This document shows, piece by piece, positions 49,915 to 57,795 of a DNA stretch of 64,000 nt (position 1 is the stretch's first letter; each line of letters begins with the position of its first letter). This DNA comes from Pararhizobium sp. (lineage in GTDB: Bacteria > Pseudomonadota > Alphaproteobacteria > Rhizobiales > Rhizobiaceae). The stretch is taken from the NCBI RefSeq assembly GCF_965279435.1, contig NZ_CBDIHY010000002.1, forward strand, positions 315,128 through 379,127, in the 5' to 3' direction. A program made the translations under genes and the position numbers. The notes under the pieces were generated by a model. That model did no database searches and was not told where the DNA came from. It saw nothing but the letters and a program-made list of their open reading frames with translations.

Positions 49915-51924
49915 ATGAGCGAGACACAACGGATACGCTGGGGGATCATTGGTCCTGGCGGCATTGCTAAAACCTTTGCTGGTGGCATTGCCCATTCCCG
50001 AACCGGTGTATTGACGGCGATTGCGACGCGAAATCCGGAAAAACCCGGCCTTTCGGACGATTTCCCCAATGCGCGTATTCTGCACGGTTACGAGGCCTTG
50101 CTCGCCGATCCGCAGGTTGACGCGGTTTACATCGCCACACCGCACACCGGTCATGCGCAATGGGCGATCAAGGCCATCCGTGCCGGCAAGCATGTGCTGG
50201 TCGAAAAGCCGATCGCCTTATCGGCCTATGAGGCAGAAACGATCTATCACGAGGCCAAAAAGGCGGGCGTGTTTGCCGGCGAGGCCTATATGTACCGCCT
50301 GCATCCGCAAACTCGCAAGATCGCCGAGCTGGTTCGCAGCGGCACGATCGGCGCTGTTCGGATGATCAAGTCAAGCTTCGGCTTCGACATGGGCGCGGTG
50401 AAGCCAGAACACAGGCTATTTTCCAACGCGCTTGCCGGTGGTGGTATCCTCGACGTTGGTGGTTATCCGGTTTCCATGGCGCGGCTCATTGCCGGTGCAG
50501 CGTGTGGTAAGCCTTTCCTTGAGCCGCTGCAGGTCCTCGGCACCGGTCAAATCGGCGAAACCAACGTCGATGAATGGGCATCCGCTTTGCTCAAATTTCC
50601 AAACGGCATCATCGCCGAGGTTTCGTGTTCCATTCGCGCACGGCAGGACAATGTGTTGCGGATCATAGGTGCTAAGGGCCGGATCGAGGTTGCCGATTTC
50701 TGGTTCGCGTCGGGCCATACCGGCGGTACCGGAAGGATCGACATCATCCACAATGACGGCAACCGCGAGACGGTGGAGATCGATGAAAAAGGCTGGCTCT
50801 ATTCCTTCGAGGTGGACGCCGCCGGAGACGCGATCCGCAACGGCCGGGGGGAATTTGCCGCGCCCGGCGTGACCTGGGCCGATACCATCGGCAATCTGCG
50901 GGTGATGGACCAGTGGCGCGCTGCCATCGGCCTTGAATATCGTCATGAACAGGCGGCCGAACGCCGCGTGAACATTCGTGGCGAGATCGTTCGCCCCGGC
51001 AATACCCTGCGGCGGCGGACGATTCCTGGAATTGCCAAGCCGATGTCGCCGGTGGCGCTCGGCTTCGAATTCTTTCCAAACTTCGCCGCCGCCTCACTGA
51101 CGCTTGATGCCTTTTACGAGGCCGGCGGCAACGTCTTCGATACGGCCTGGATCTACAATCGCGGGGTCACCGAAGCGATCTTCGGCGAATGGTGGACGAG
51201 CCGCAGCGTGCCGCGCGAGGAGGTTGTTCTGATCGGCAAGGGCGCCCATTCGCCCCTGGTCTATCCGGATCAGATCGGCAAGCAGCTTGCCCAATCGCTT
51301 GATCGTCTCAAGACCGATTATGTCGATGTCTATTTCATGCACCGCGACGACGAGCAGGTGCCGGTCGGCGAATTCGTCGATGCGATGGACGCTGAGGTTC
51401 GCGCCGGGCGCATCCGTGGTGTTTTTGGTGGGTCGAACTGGACCCGCGCGCGGCTGCAAGAGGCGGTTGCCTATGCGCAGTCAAACGGCAAGGCAGTGCC
51501 CGGAGCTCTTTCCAACAACTTCTCACTGGCGGAAATGCGCGAGCCAATCTGGGCGGGTTGCGTGGCTGCCTCCGATGACGAGTGGAAGCACTGGCTGACC
51601 GAAACGCAGATGCCCAATTTCGCCTGGTCCAGCCAGGGCCGCGGCTTTTTTACCGACCGTGCCGGCCGCGACAGGCGCGACGACGAGGAACTGGTTCGTT
51701 GCTGGTATAGCGAGCGCAACTTCATCCGCCGCGATCGTGCCATCGAACTGGCGCAACGCCTGAACCGAAAGCCCATCCACATCGCGCTCGCCTACGTTCT
51801 GGCCCAACCCTTCCCGGTCGTGCCGCTCATCGGGCCAAGAACGGTGGCCGAACTGGAAGACAGCCTTTCCGCTCTCGATATCCGGCTGAGTGGAGATGAT
51901 GTTGCGTCGCTGGAAGCCCGTTAG
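49915..51924 (+). CDS. Gfo/Idh/MocA oxidoreductase fused to an aldo/keto reductase
   Basis: N-half has GPGGIA and VEKP. C-half has FDTAWIY, IGKG and YFMHRD (AKR tetrad D/Y/K/H). One continuous ORF. Confidence 0.88.
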   Translation: MSETQRIRWGIIGPGGIAKTFAGGIAHSRTGVLTAIATRNPEKPGLSDDFPNARILHGYEALLADPQVDAVYIATPHTGHAQWAIKAIRAGKHVLVEKPIALSAYEAETIYHEAKKAGVFAGEAYMYRLHPQTRKIAELVRSGTIGAVRMIKSSFGFDMGAVKPEHRLFSNALAGGGILDVGGYPVSMARLIAGAACGKPFLEPLQVLGTGQIGETNVDEWASALLKFPNGIIAEVSCSIRARQDNVLRIIGAKGRIEVADFWFASGHTGGTGRIDIIHNDGNRETVEIDEKGWLYSFEVDAAGDAIRNGRGEFAAPGVTWADTIGNLRVMDQWRAAIGLEYRHEQAAERRVNIRGEIVRPGNTLRRRTIPGIAKPMSPVALGFEFFPNFAAASLTLDAFYEAGGNVFDTAWIYNRGVTEAIFGEWWTSRSVPREEVVLIGKGAHSPLVYPDQIGKQLAQSLDRLKTDYVDVYFMHRDDEQVPVGEFVDAMDAEVRAGRIRGVFGGSNWTRARLQEAVAYAQSNGKAVPGALSNNFSLAEMREPIWAGCVAASDDEWKHWLTETQMPNFAWSSQGRGFFTDRAGRDRRDDEELVRCWYSERNFIRRDRAIELAQRLNRKPIHIALAYVLAQPFPVVPLIGPRTVAELEDSLSALDIRLSGDDVASLEAR

Positions 51925-51991
51925 GAACTGACGGCCGTCAGGTTTCTAAATTTCATGTTCCTTACTCATAGGGCACTATCGACCCCCGGGA

Positions 51992-53419
51992 TCACAGCGC
52001 AGATGGCTTGATTTCGCTGCCGCCCCCACACAGCTTGCGTGCGTTTAAAAGCCCCCATCCGAACACCGGGTCTTTCCCCGGCTTTCCGATATCATCGGTA
52101 AATTCTCTCAGCCTTGCCTCCAGACTTTCCGTTGGCATATCCGGCTCGCCGGCAATCAGCGCCGAGACCGCCGCCGTTACGAAGGGGGCGGCGAAGGATG
52201 TGCCGGTTTTTTGCCGGGCGCCAGAGACGGACGCCGCAGTCCAGACCCCGACACCGGGAGCGGCAATATCAACATGATCGCCGCGCACGGCCCGGCGGTA
52301 AGGGTTGCGCGCCTTATCGACCGCCGTTACGGCAATCACGTCTTCATAGGCCGCAGGATAGACAGGCTTGGCATTCGGGCCATCATTGCCAGCGGCGGCC
52401 ACAAGGATCATGCCGCGATCGGCCGCCGCTTTCACGGACCTCTCGAGCACCGCGTTCGCCGGGCCGGTCAAGCTCAGATTGACGACCTTGATGTCACGTT
52501 GAACGAGCAGATCGAGCGCCCGTACGAGGTCGTAGGTGTCGGCGATATCCTTCGATTTTCCGAATCGCTTAAAGGCATCGACGGCGATGAGTTCGGCCCC
52601 TGGCAGGAGGCCCGGGACGCGGCTGTCCGATGCGCCGATCAAAAGGGCGGCGACGGCAGTGCCATGCTGTTCGCCCGATCTTTCCTCTTCCCCCTCACCG
52701 AGGCGAATGACCTCCAGCCGGGTATTCGTCAGGGTCACATGATCGACATTGATTGCCGTGTCGATAAGTCCGAGACGGGGCGGCTTGCCACACCCTGCGT
52801 TTTCGCCGGCCGGCCATCCAACGATGTCCCGGACGAGCGCGCAATCCTGCCCCGCACATCCTGTATTGCTCTCCGCTTGCGGCTGGTAGAAATGGTTGAA
52901 ATCGACCGCCGCCGTCGGGCTGCGGGCAACAACGGCAGCACGCGCCGTTGCGAGCGTCATGCCGCGCGGCACCACGAGACGCACCATTTCGCTGCCGATC
53001 AGCGAAATCTGTGTGCGCTCATCAACGGTAAAGCCCTGCTGGATCAATCCGGCGATCGCCTCTTCTTCAAGACCGACCGCGACGAGTTCGTTTGCCGCGC
53101 GCTCCGGCACGGCGGCTGGACGGCGCACCGGTGCACGGCGCTCGCGCGTTGGCCAGCGAAAGAGCGAACGCAGATCGCGCAAAGTGTCTCCGCCACGGTG
53201 ATATCCGGGGTTGCCACCGTCTCCACTGCGATTGTTACCACCGCCGCCGCTTCTACCGCCACCACCGCCGTTATCGTCGTCTCCATCGTCGTCATCGGCA
53301 AGCGCAACGGGGATGGTGAAGGCCGCGTCGTTCAGCGGCAGAGGCAGAACCACCAATGCTCCCACGGCGATTGCCGCAGTCAGGCGGCGCAATGGTTTTA
53401 TATTAGCAATGAACAGCAC
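51992..53419 (-). CDS. Secreted S8 (subtilase) serine protease
   Basis: Triad motifs LIDTAIN, HGTAVA and GTSFAAP; AAGNDG oxyanion motif; signal peptide followed by an Asp/Gly-rich linker. Confidence 0.92.
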   Translation of the reverse strand: MLFIANIKPLRRLTAAIAVGALVVLPLPLNDAAFTIPVALADDDDGDDDNGGGGGRSGGGGNNRSGDGGNPGYHRGGDTLRDLRSLFRWPTRERRAPVRRPAAVPERAANELVAVGLEEEAIAGLIQQGFTVDERTQISLIGSEMVRLVVPRGMTLATARAAVVARSPTAAVDFNHFYQPQAESNTGCAGQDCALVRDIVGWPAGENAGCGKPPRLGLIDTAINVDHVTLTNTRLEVIRLGEGEEERSGEQHGTAVAALLIGASDSRVPGLLPGAELIAVDAFKRFGKSKDIADTYDLVRALDLLVQRDIKVVNLSLTGPANAVLERSVKAAADRGMILVAAAGNDGPNAKPVYPAAYEDVIAVTAVDKARNPYRRAVRGDHVDIAAPGVGVWTAASVSGARQKTGTSFAAPFVTAAVSALIAGEPDMPTESLEARLREFTDDIGKPGKDPVFGWGLLNARKLCGGGSEIKPSAL

Positions 53420-53495
53420 GCTCAGTCTCCTGTGGCCGCTTCTTAATCCAGATTGTCAAACCAGGAAGCCGCTTTCGATCAAACTATCCTGAAAA

Positions 53496-53520
53496 TACGT
53501 TTGACTCGACAGCTTATTCC
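53496..53520 (-). promoter_or_regulatory. ECF-type promoter 1 (subtilase): GGAATA-N15-CGTA
   Basis: The minus strand reads GGAATA AGCTGTCGAGTCAAA CGTA. Confidence 0.72.
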
Positions 53521-53525
53521 CTGGC

Positions 53526-54083
53526 GTGCAAAAAAGCGGAATGACCAACGACATGCAGACAGTACCGGAACGGCTGGTTGCCTTCCTGCCGAACCTTAGG
53601 CGTTTTGCGATCTCGCTTTGCCGTTCCCGGGAGCTGGCGGACGATCTTGTGCAGACAGCCTGCGAGCGCGCCATCCTCGCCGCCGACAGTTTTATACCCG
53701 GCAGCCGCTTCGACGCCTGGATATTCCGCATTCTGCGCAATCTGTGGATCGATCACCTGCGCCGCCAGAAAACGGCAGGCCCGCAGACCGATCTGGAGGA
53801 GGCGCGCGATGTATCGGTTCCGTCCGGCGAAGCTGCATCGCTTGCGCGCATGGATCTGCGTGACGTCACCGCTGCCCTGCAAAAACTGCCGGACGAGCAG
53901 CGCGAAGTGCTCGTACTGGTCTGCGTCGAGGAACTGAGCTATCGCGACACGGCCGAGGTTCTGTCGATCCCAATCGGGACAGTGATGAGCCGGCTGGCCC
54001 GGGCACGGAAAAATCTTGCGGAACTGACAGGAATAAGTTTCGGGGAAAAACGTTCGTCCGATACGAAAGGGAGCCTTGCATGA
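53526..54083 (+). CDS. ECF RNA polymerase sigma factor (ECF26-like); start uncertain
   Basis: Sigma2 (ADDLVQTACERA, WIFRILRNLWID) and sigma4 (LSYRDTAEVLSIPIGTVMSRLARAR). Confidence 0.93.
   Translation: MQKSGMTNDMQTVPERLVAFLPNLRRFAISLCRSRELADDLVQTACERAILAADSFIPGSRFDAWIFRILRNLWIDHLRRQKTAGPQTDLEEARDVSVPSGEAASLARMDLRDVTAALQKLPDEQREVLVLVCVEELSYRDTAEVLSIPIGTVMSRLARARKNLAELTGISFGEKRSSDTKGSLA
54030..54054 (+). promoter_or_regulatory. ECF-type promoter 2, inside the sigma gene 3' end (anti-sigma): GGAATA-N15-CGTT
   Basis: GGAATA AGTTTCGGGGAAAAA CGTT, 25 nt before the anti-sigma ATG. Confidence 0.68.
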
Positions 54084-54811
54084 CCCGGCAGGATTTTGAC
54101 GACGAAACATTGATGGCTTTCGCCGACGGCGAACTGGACGAGGCGACAAGCGTGCAGCTGGAAGCAGCCCTTGCCGGCGACGAAGCGCTGGCCGAGCGCC
54201 TGGCTGTGTTTTTCGAAACCCGCCTGCTGGTCGCTGACGCCTTGAAGCCGCTGGCAGAAGAGCCTGTACCGGAAGCGCTGCTGGAATCCGTTCGCCGCAT
54301 GGCGGAAGAAGCGCGAAGCCGGGAAGCTCAGGCGGGCAACGTTGTGCCCTTCCGCGCAAAGCCGCTACAGGAGACACGCCGTTGGCTCATGCCCCTGGCG
54401 GCAAGTATCGTGGCGGTGATTACCGGCGTTGCCGGTTTCACGGTGGGCCGAAATCTGAACCCGTCCGCAGTGGATTCCAGCGCCGAAATCGCGGCAGTGC
54501 TGGACCGCGAGGCATCCGGGCGGGATATTGCGCTCAGCGCACCCGGTCAGACGCTTCATGTGATCGCCACCTTTCGCGACAAGAGCGGCGCACTCTGCCG
54601 CGAGTACGAGCTGAAACAGCCGTCGAGCAGCACGGTCTCGATCGCCTGCCGGCAGGACCGGACGTGGGTGACGCAGCTTGCCCTGACATCTGCGAAAGTT
54701 GAGGGTTACGTGCCTGCGTCGTCGCAGGACATGATCGATGCCTATCTCTCGTCGATCGAGGCCGGCGCACCGCTGTCGCCCGAAGAGGAACGGGGCATCC
54801 TGGCGCCCTGA
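54080..54811 (+). CDS. Membrane-anchored anti-sigma factor
   Basis: DDETLMAFADGELD anti-sigma domain, one TM, and a periplasmic C-domain with two Cys (CREY/IACR). ATGA overlap with the sigma gene. Confidence 0.88.
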   Translation: MTRQDFDDETLMAFADGELDEATSVQLEAALAGDEALAERLAVFFETRLLVADALKPLAEEPVPEALLESVRRMAEEARSREAQAGNVVPFRAKPLQETRRWLMPLAASIVAVITGVAGFTVGRNLNPSAVDSSAEIAAVLDREASGRDIALSAPGQTLHVIATFRDKSGALCREYELKQPSSSTVSIACRQDRTWVTQLALTSAKVEGYVPASSQDMIDAYLSSIEAGAPLSPEEERGILAP

Positions 54812-54831
54812 ATGAAATATTGTGTGCGCCG

Positions 54832-54856
54832 GGAATAAGTCTTTCCCGGCGCCGTT
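54832..54856 (+). promoter_or_regulatory. ECF-type promoter 3 (DUF6065-like gene): GGAATA-N15-CGTT
   Basis: GGAATA AGTCTTTCCCGGCGC CGTT. Confidence 0.72.
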
Positions 54857-54887
54857 CTTCTCGCATCAGTTCATGAGGAGAACAGCC

Positions 54888-55604
54888 ATGGCATTTGCCT
54901 TTCTGAAGACGCCACAGCCCCGGCTGACCTTTCTCTGCCGCAAGGAGGACGATGGCGTAATCCCCGCCCCCGTTCGCGCCAAGACGGCGCTGCCCGACTG
55001 GTTCCGCAAGCTGCCGCCGATCGACGAGGCGCATCTCTCGCCCACCAATAGCGGGCTGACGGTGAAACGCTGCATGCCCTTTCTCGATGCCATGGCGGCG
55101 GGCTGGATAATCGGGCTTGCGGCGACTGTGCGCATGGAAATCTCCGACGGCGGAAAGACGGTGGATTGCGGCTGGGATTTCGACCGCACGCTCGTCAGCA
55201 ATCATGCGAGCCATCAGGTTGCCGGTAATCCGCGCGGGCCGCTGCCGCCCTGCAAGTTTCACAATTACTGGACCATCCGCACGCCACCCGGCTGGAGCTG
55301 CCTGTTCGTGCCGCCGCTCAATCGCCCGAACGGTGTGTTCGAAATCGTCGCCGGGGTCGTGGATACGGACACCTATCAGTCGGAAATCCACTTCCCGTTC
55401 TTCGCCACCGGCGAGGACGGCCTGCATCTGCTGGAACGTGGCACGCCGATCGTCCAGGTTATTCCGTTCCGCCGGGAGACGTCGGACCTCGACGCGGACA
55501 TCCGCACTGAAAGCCAGGCGGAGGGTAACGTTCGCCAGACGATCCTGCGCAAGACGCTCGCATCGGATGGCTGGTATCGCAGGTTTGCCCGCGCGCCGCG
55601 GTAA
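54888..55604 (+). CDS. Hypothetical protein, DUF6065-like
   Basis: GAGGAG RBS; KRCMPFLDAMAAGW, WTIRTPPGWSCLFVPPLNR, GVVDTD and GTPIVQVIPF. Family recalled from memory. Confidence 0.72.
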   Translation: MAFAFLKTPQPRLTFLCRKEDDGVIPAPVRAKTALPDWFRKLPPIDEAHLSPTNSGLTVKRCMPFLDAMAAGWIIGLAATVRMEISDGGKTVDCGWDFDRTLVSNHASHQVAGNPRGPLPPCKFHNYWTIRTPPGWSCLFVPPLNRPNGVFEIVAGVVDTDTYQSEIHFPFFATGEDGLHLLERGTPIVQVIPFRRETSDLDADIRTESQAEGNVRQTILRKTLASDGWYRRFARAPR

Positions 55605-55620
55605 TTTCCCTGCCCATTTA

Positions 55621-55660
55621 GCGTTTTGCCGCCGCTGCCCACCCAGCGGCGGCAAAACGC
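55621..55660. terminator. Perfect 17-bp inverted repeat downstream of the DUF6065-like gene
   Basis: GCGTTTTGCCGCCGCTG-cccacc-CAGCGGCGGCAAAACGC; no U-tract on the + strand. Confidence 0.5.
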
Positions 55661-55708
55661 GTGGTGTCAGATGCGGATCATGCCTCTGAAAATATTTTCA
55701 TTTTCTCG

Positions 55709-55733
55709 GGAATAGGAAAAGCCCACCGCCGTT
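55709..55733 (+). promoter_or_regulatory. ECF-type promoter 4 (NSSS-repeat gene): GGAATA-N15-CGTT
   Basis: GGAATA GGAAAAGCCCACCGC CGTT. Confidence 0.72.
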
Positions 55734-55777
55734 TCTCCTCTGCAGCCAACGAGGCTGTCACTCCAAGGAGAAACGGC

Positions 55778-56137
55778 ATGAAGAAGTTCATCGCAATCCT
55801 GAGCGCATTCCTGGTCGTCGGTGCAGCAGCACCCGCGCCAGCCAGCGCCGACGATCCGGTCACGCGCTTTCTGCAGAAGGTAACGCGGAGCAACAAGGCG
55901 AGCCACGCCCACTATAATCGCGAGCGCGATGACAATCGGGGCGGCGGCTGGAGTTCGAACCGCAATTCCAACAGCTCGTCGAATTCCTCCCGCAATTCCA
56001 GCTCGAATTCGAACTCCAACAGCAGCTCCAATTCCTCAAGCAATTCAAGCTCAAACAGTTCGTCCAATTCCTCGAGCAACTCGAGCTCGAATTCATCGTC
56101 CAATTCGTCGTCGAATTCCTCTTCTGACGACGATTAA
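55778..56137 (+). CDS. Secreted Ser/Asn-repeat protein (119 aa)
   Basis: AAGGAG RBS; signal peptide MKKFIAILSAFLVVGAAAPAPASA; the C-terminal half is almost all Ser/Asn and ends in DDD. Confidence 0.82.
   Translation: MKKFIAILSAFLVVGAAAPAPASADDPVTRFLQKVTRSNKASHAHYNRERDDNRGGGWSSNRNSNSSSNSSRNSSSNSNSNSSSNSSSNSSSNSSSNSSSNSSSNSSSNSSSNSSSDDD
56018..56125 (+). repeat. Nine tandem NSSS peptide repeats encoded by nine different 12-mers
   Basis: Direct codon-by-codon reading; all six Ser codons are used. Confidence 0.9.
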
Positions 56138-56170
56138 GACACAGCCGACCAGACCGAAAGGAGGGCGATC

Positions 56171-57649
56171 ATGGCCCTTTATGCAATCGTTCCTCCCGAA
56201 CCCCACGCCGATCGGCGTGGGGAACCGTCTCCTGCCACAGAGCCGGCCGTACCGCTTACCCGTGTCAAGCAGATCGTCGCGGTGATCGTACTCGTCTTCA
56301 GTGCCATGCTGATCTTCCTGGCGATCGACGGTCTCAGCGTGAACATGCGGCTGACGCTCGCCGTCTTTGTCGCAACCATCACCGCCTGGACCATTCTCGA
56401 CTTGCCGGACACGCCGGTGGCGCTTGCGGGCGCGGCTACCCTGGCCGTTGTCGGTGCAATTGACGAGGACGTGCTTTACCGCTCGCTCGGCAATGACATT
56501 GTCTGGCTGATGCTGGCGGCTTTCGTCGTTGCCGGCGTGCTGCGTCAGGTCGGCGTCATCGAACAGATCATTCGCCGCCTGCTCGCCCGGCTCGCCACCG
56601 TGCAAGGTCTGTTCTGGGCGCTGACGCTGTTGATTTTCGCCACTGCCTTCATCATCCCCTCGACCTCGGCGCGTGCCGCCATGCTGGCGCCGGTCTATCT
56701 CGGCATCGCCGTCGCGATCGGCAATGCACGGGTTAATCGGGCGCTCGCGTTGCTCTTCCCCTCCGTCATCCTGCTTTCGGCCGGTGCTTCGCTGATTGGT
56801 GCCGGCGCCCATCTCGTCGCGGCGGGGATGATGCAGCGTTTGAGCGGCCAAAGCCCCGATTTCCTGGGCTGGATCACGCTTGCCGGCCCCTTCTCGCTTC
56901 TATGCTCGCTGCTCGCTTGCGCCGTGCTGCTGCGCTTCTTCCTGACACGCGAAGAGCGGGTAATGGCGATCGCAGAACGCAACGCCGACGAGGCCCCGAC
57001 CCCACTGACGCGCCAGCAATGGACTGTGCTTGCGGTCACCGGCGCGATGATCCTGCTCTTTGCAGCCCAACCCATGCACGGCGTCGGCATGCCGCTGATC
57101 GGCATCGCCGCCGCGCTGCTTTTGGCCAACCAAAAGGTCTCCGGCCTGCCATTGAAGACAGCGCTCAAGAGCGTCGAATGGAACCTGCTGCTATTCCTCG
57201 CCGGCACGCTCGTCATCGGCGAGGCGCTGCTGGAGACCGGCACAGCAAAGGTGCTGGCCGACCGGATGGTCGGTCTTGCCAGCAGCGGTATCGCGGCCTG
57301 GCCCGCACTTATTGTCGCGTTCGCCGCTATTGCCGCTACGCTCTCCCACCTCGTCATCACGTCGCGCACGGCACGAGCGACCGTCCTCATACCTGCGCTT
57401 GCGCTGCCGGTCGCAGCCCTCGGCGTTGACCCGCTCAATCTCGTCATGGTCGTCACGCTGGCGAGCGGCTTTTGCCAGACGCTGATGGTATCCGCCAAAC
57501 CGGTGGCGCTGTTCGGCGCAATGGATCCGCCGCCCTTCGGGCAGTCCGACCTGTTGCGGCTCGCCGGCTTTCTGATCGTGCCCTTCGTGCTACTGCTCGT
57601 TGTCTTTGCCACACTCGTTTGGCCGCTGCAGGGTCTGCCGCTGCACTGA
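56171..57649 (+). CDS. SLC13/DASS family anion permease
   Basis: Many TM segments; FIIPSTSARAAML and HLVITSRTARATVLIP hairpin-like motifs; GGAGG RBS. Confidence 0.85.
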   Translation: MALYAIVPPEPHADRRGEPSPATEPAVPLTRVKQIVAVIVLVFSAMLIFLAIDGLSVNMRLTLAVFVATITAWTILDLPDTPVALAGAATLAVVGAIDEDVLYRSLGNDIVWLMLAAFVVAGVLRQVGVIEQIIRRLLARLATVQGLFWALTLLIFATAFIIPSTSARAAMLAPVYLGIAVAIGNARVNRALALLFPSVILLSAGASLIGAGAHLVAAGMMQRLSGQSPDFLGWITLAGPFSLLCSLLACAVLLRFFLTREERVMAIAERNADEAPTPLTRQQWTVLAVTGAMILLFAAQPMHGVGMPLIGIAAALLLANQKVSGLPLKTALKSVEWNLLLFLAGTLVIGEALLETGTAKVLADRMVGLASSGIAAWPALIVAFAAIAATLSHLVITSRTARATVLIPALALPVAALGVDPLNLVMVVTLASGFCQTLMVSAKPVALFGAMDPPPFGQSDLLRLAGFLIVPFVLLLVVFATLVWPLQGLPLH

Positions 57650-57669
57650 ACGATGCCGACAGACACAGG

Positions 57670-57696
57670 AAAAGGCCGCCGCGTGCGGCCTTTTTT
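57670..57696 (+). terminator. Rho-independent terminator after the SLC13 gene
   Basis: AAAAGGCCGC-cgcgt-GCGGCCTTTTTT. Confidence 0.85.
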
Positions 57697-57727
57697 ATTT
57701 AGTCGGCTAATTTATTTTCAGTTTGCC

Positions 57728-57752
57728 GGAATAGATTGAGAACCGCCCCGTT
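57728..57752 (+). promoter_or_regulatory. ECF-type promoter 5 (glycerate kinase): GGAATA-N15-CGTT
   Basis: GGAATA GATTGAGAACCGCCC CGTT, just after the terminator. Confidence 0.72.
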
Positions 57753-57795
57753 CCTCCCCTGTCACATCGTTGTCACAGTCAAAAAGGAACACCCC

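Noticed and set aside
56018-56125. NSSS tract as a DNA tandem repeat, CRISPR-like array or RiPP core
   Set aside because: The nucleotide units all differ, there are no spacers or cas genes, and no recognisable RiPP modification enzyme is adjacent.
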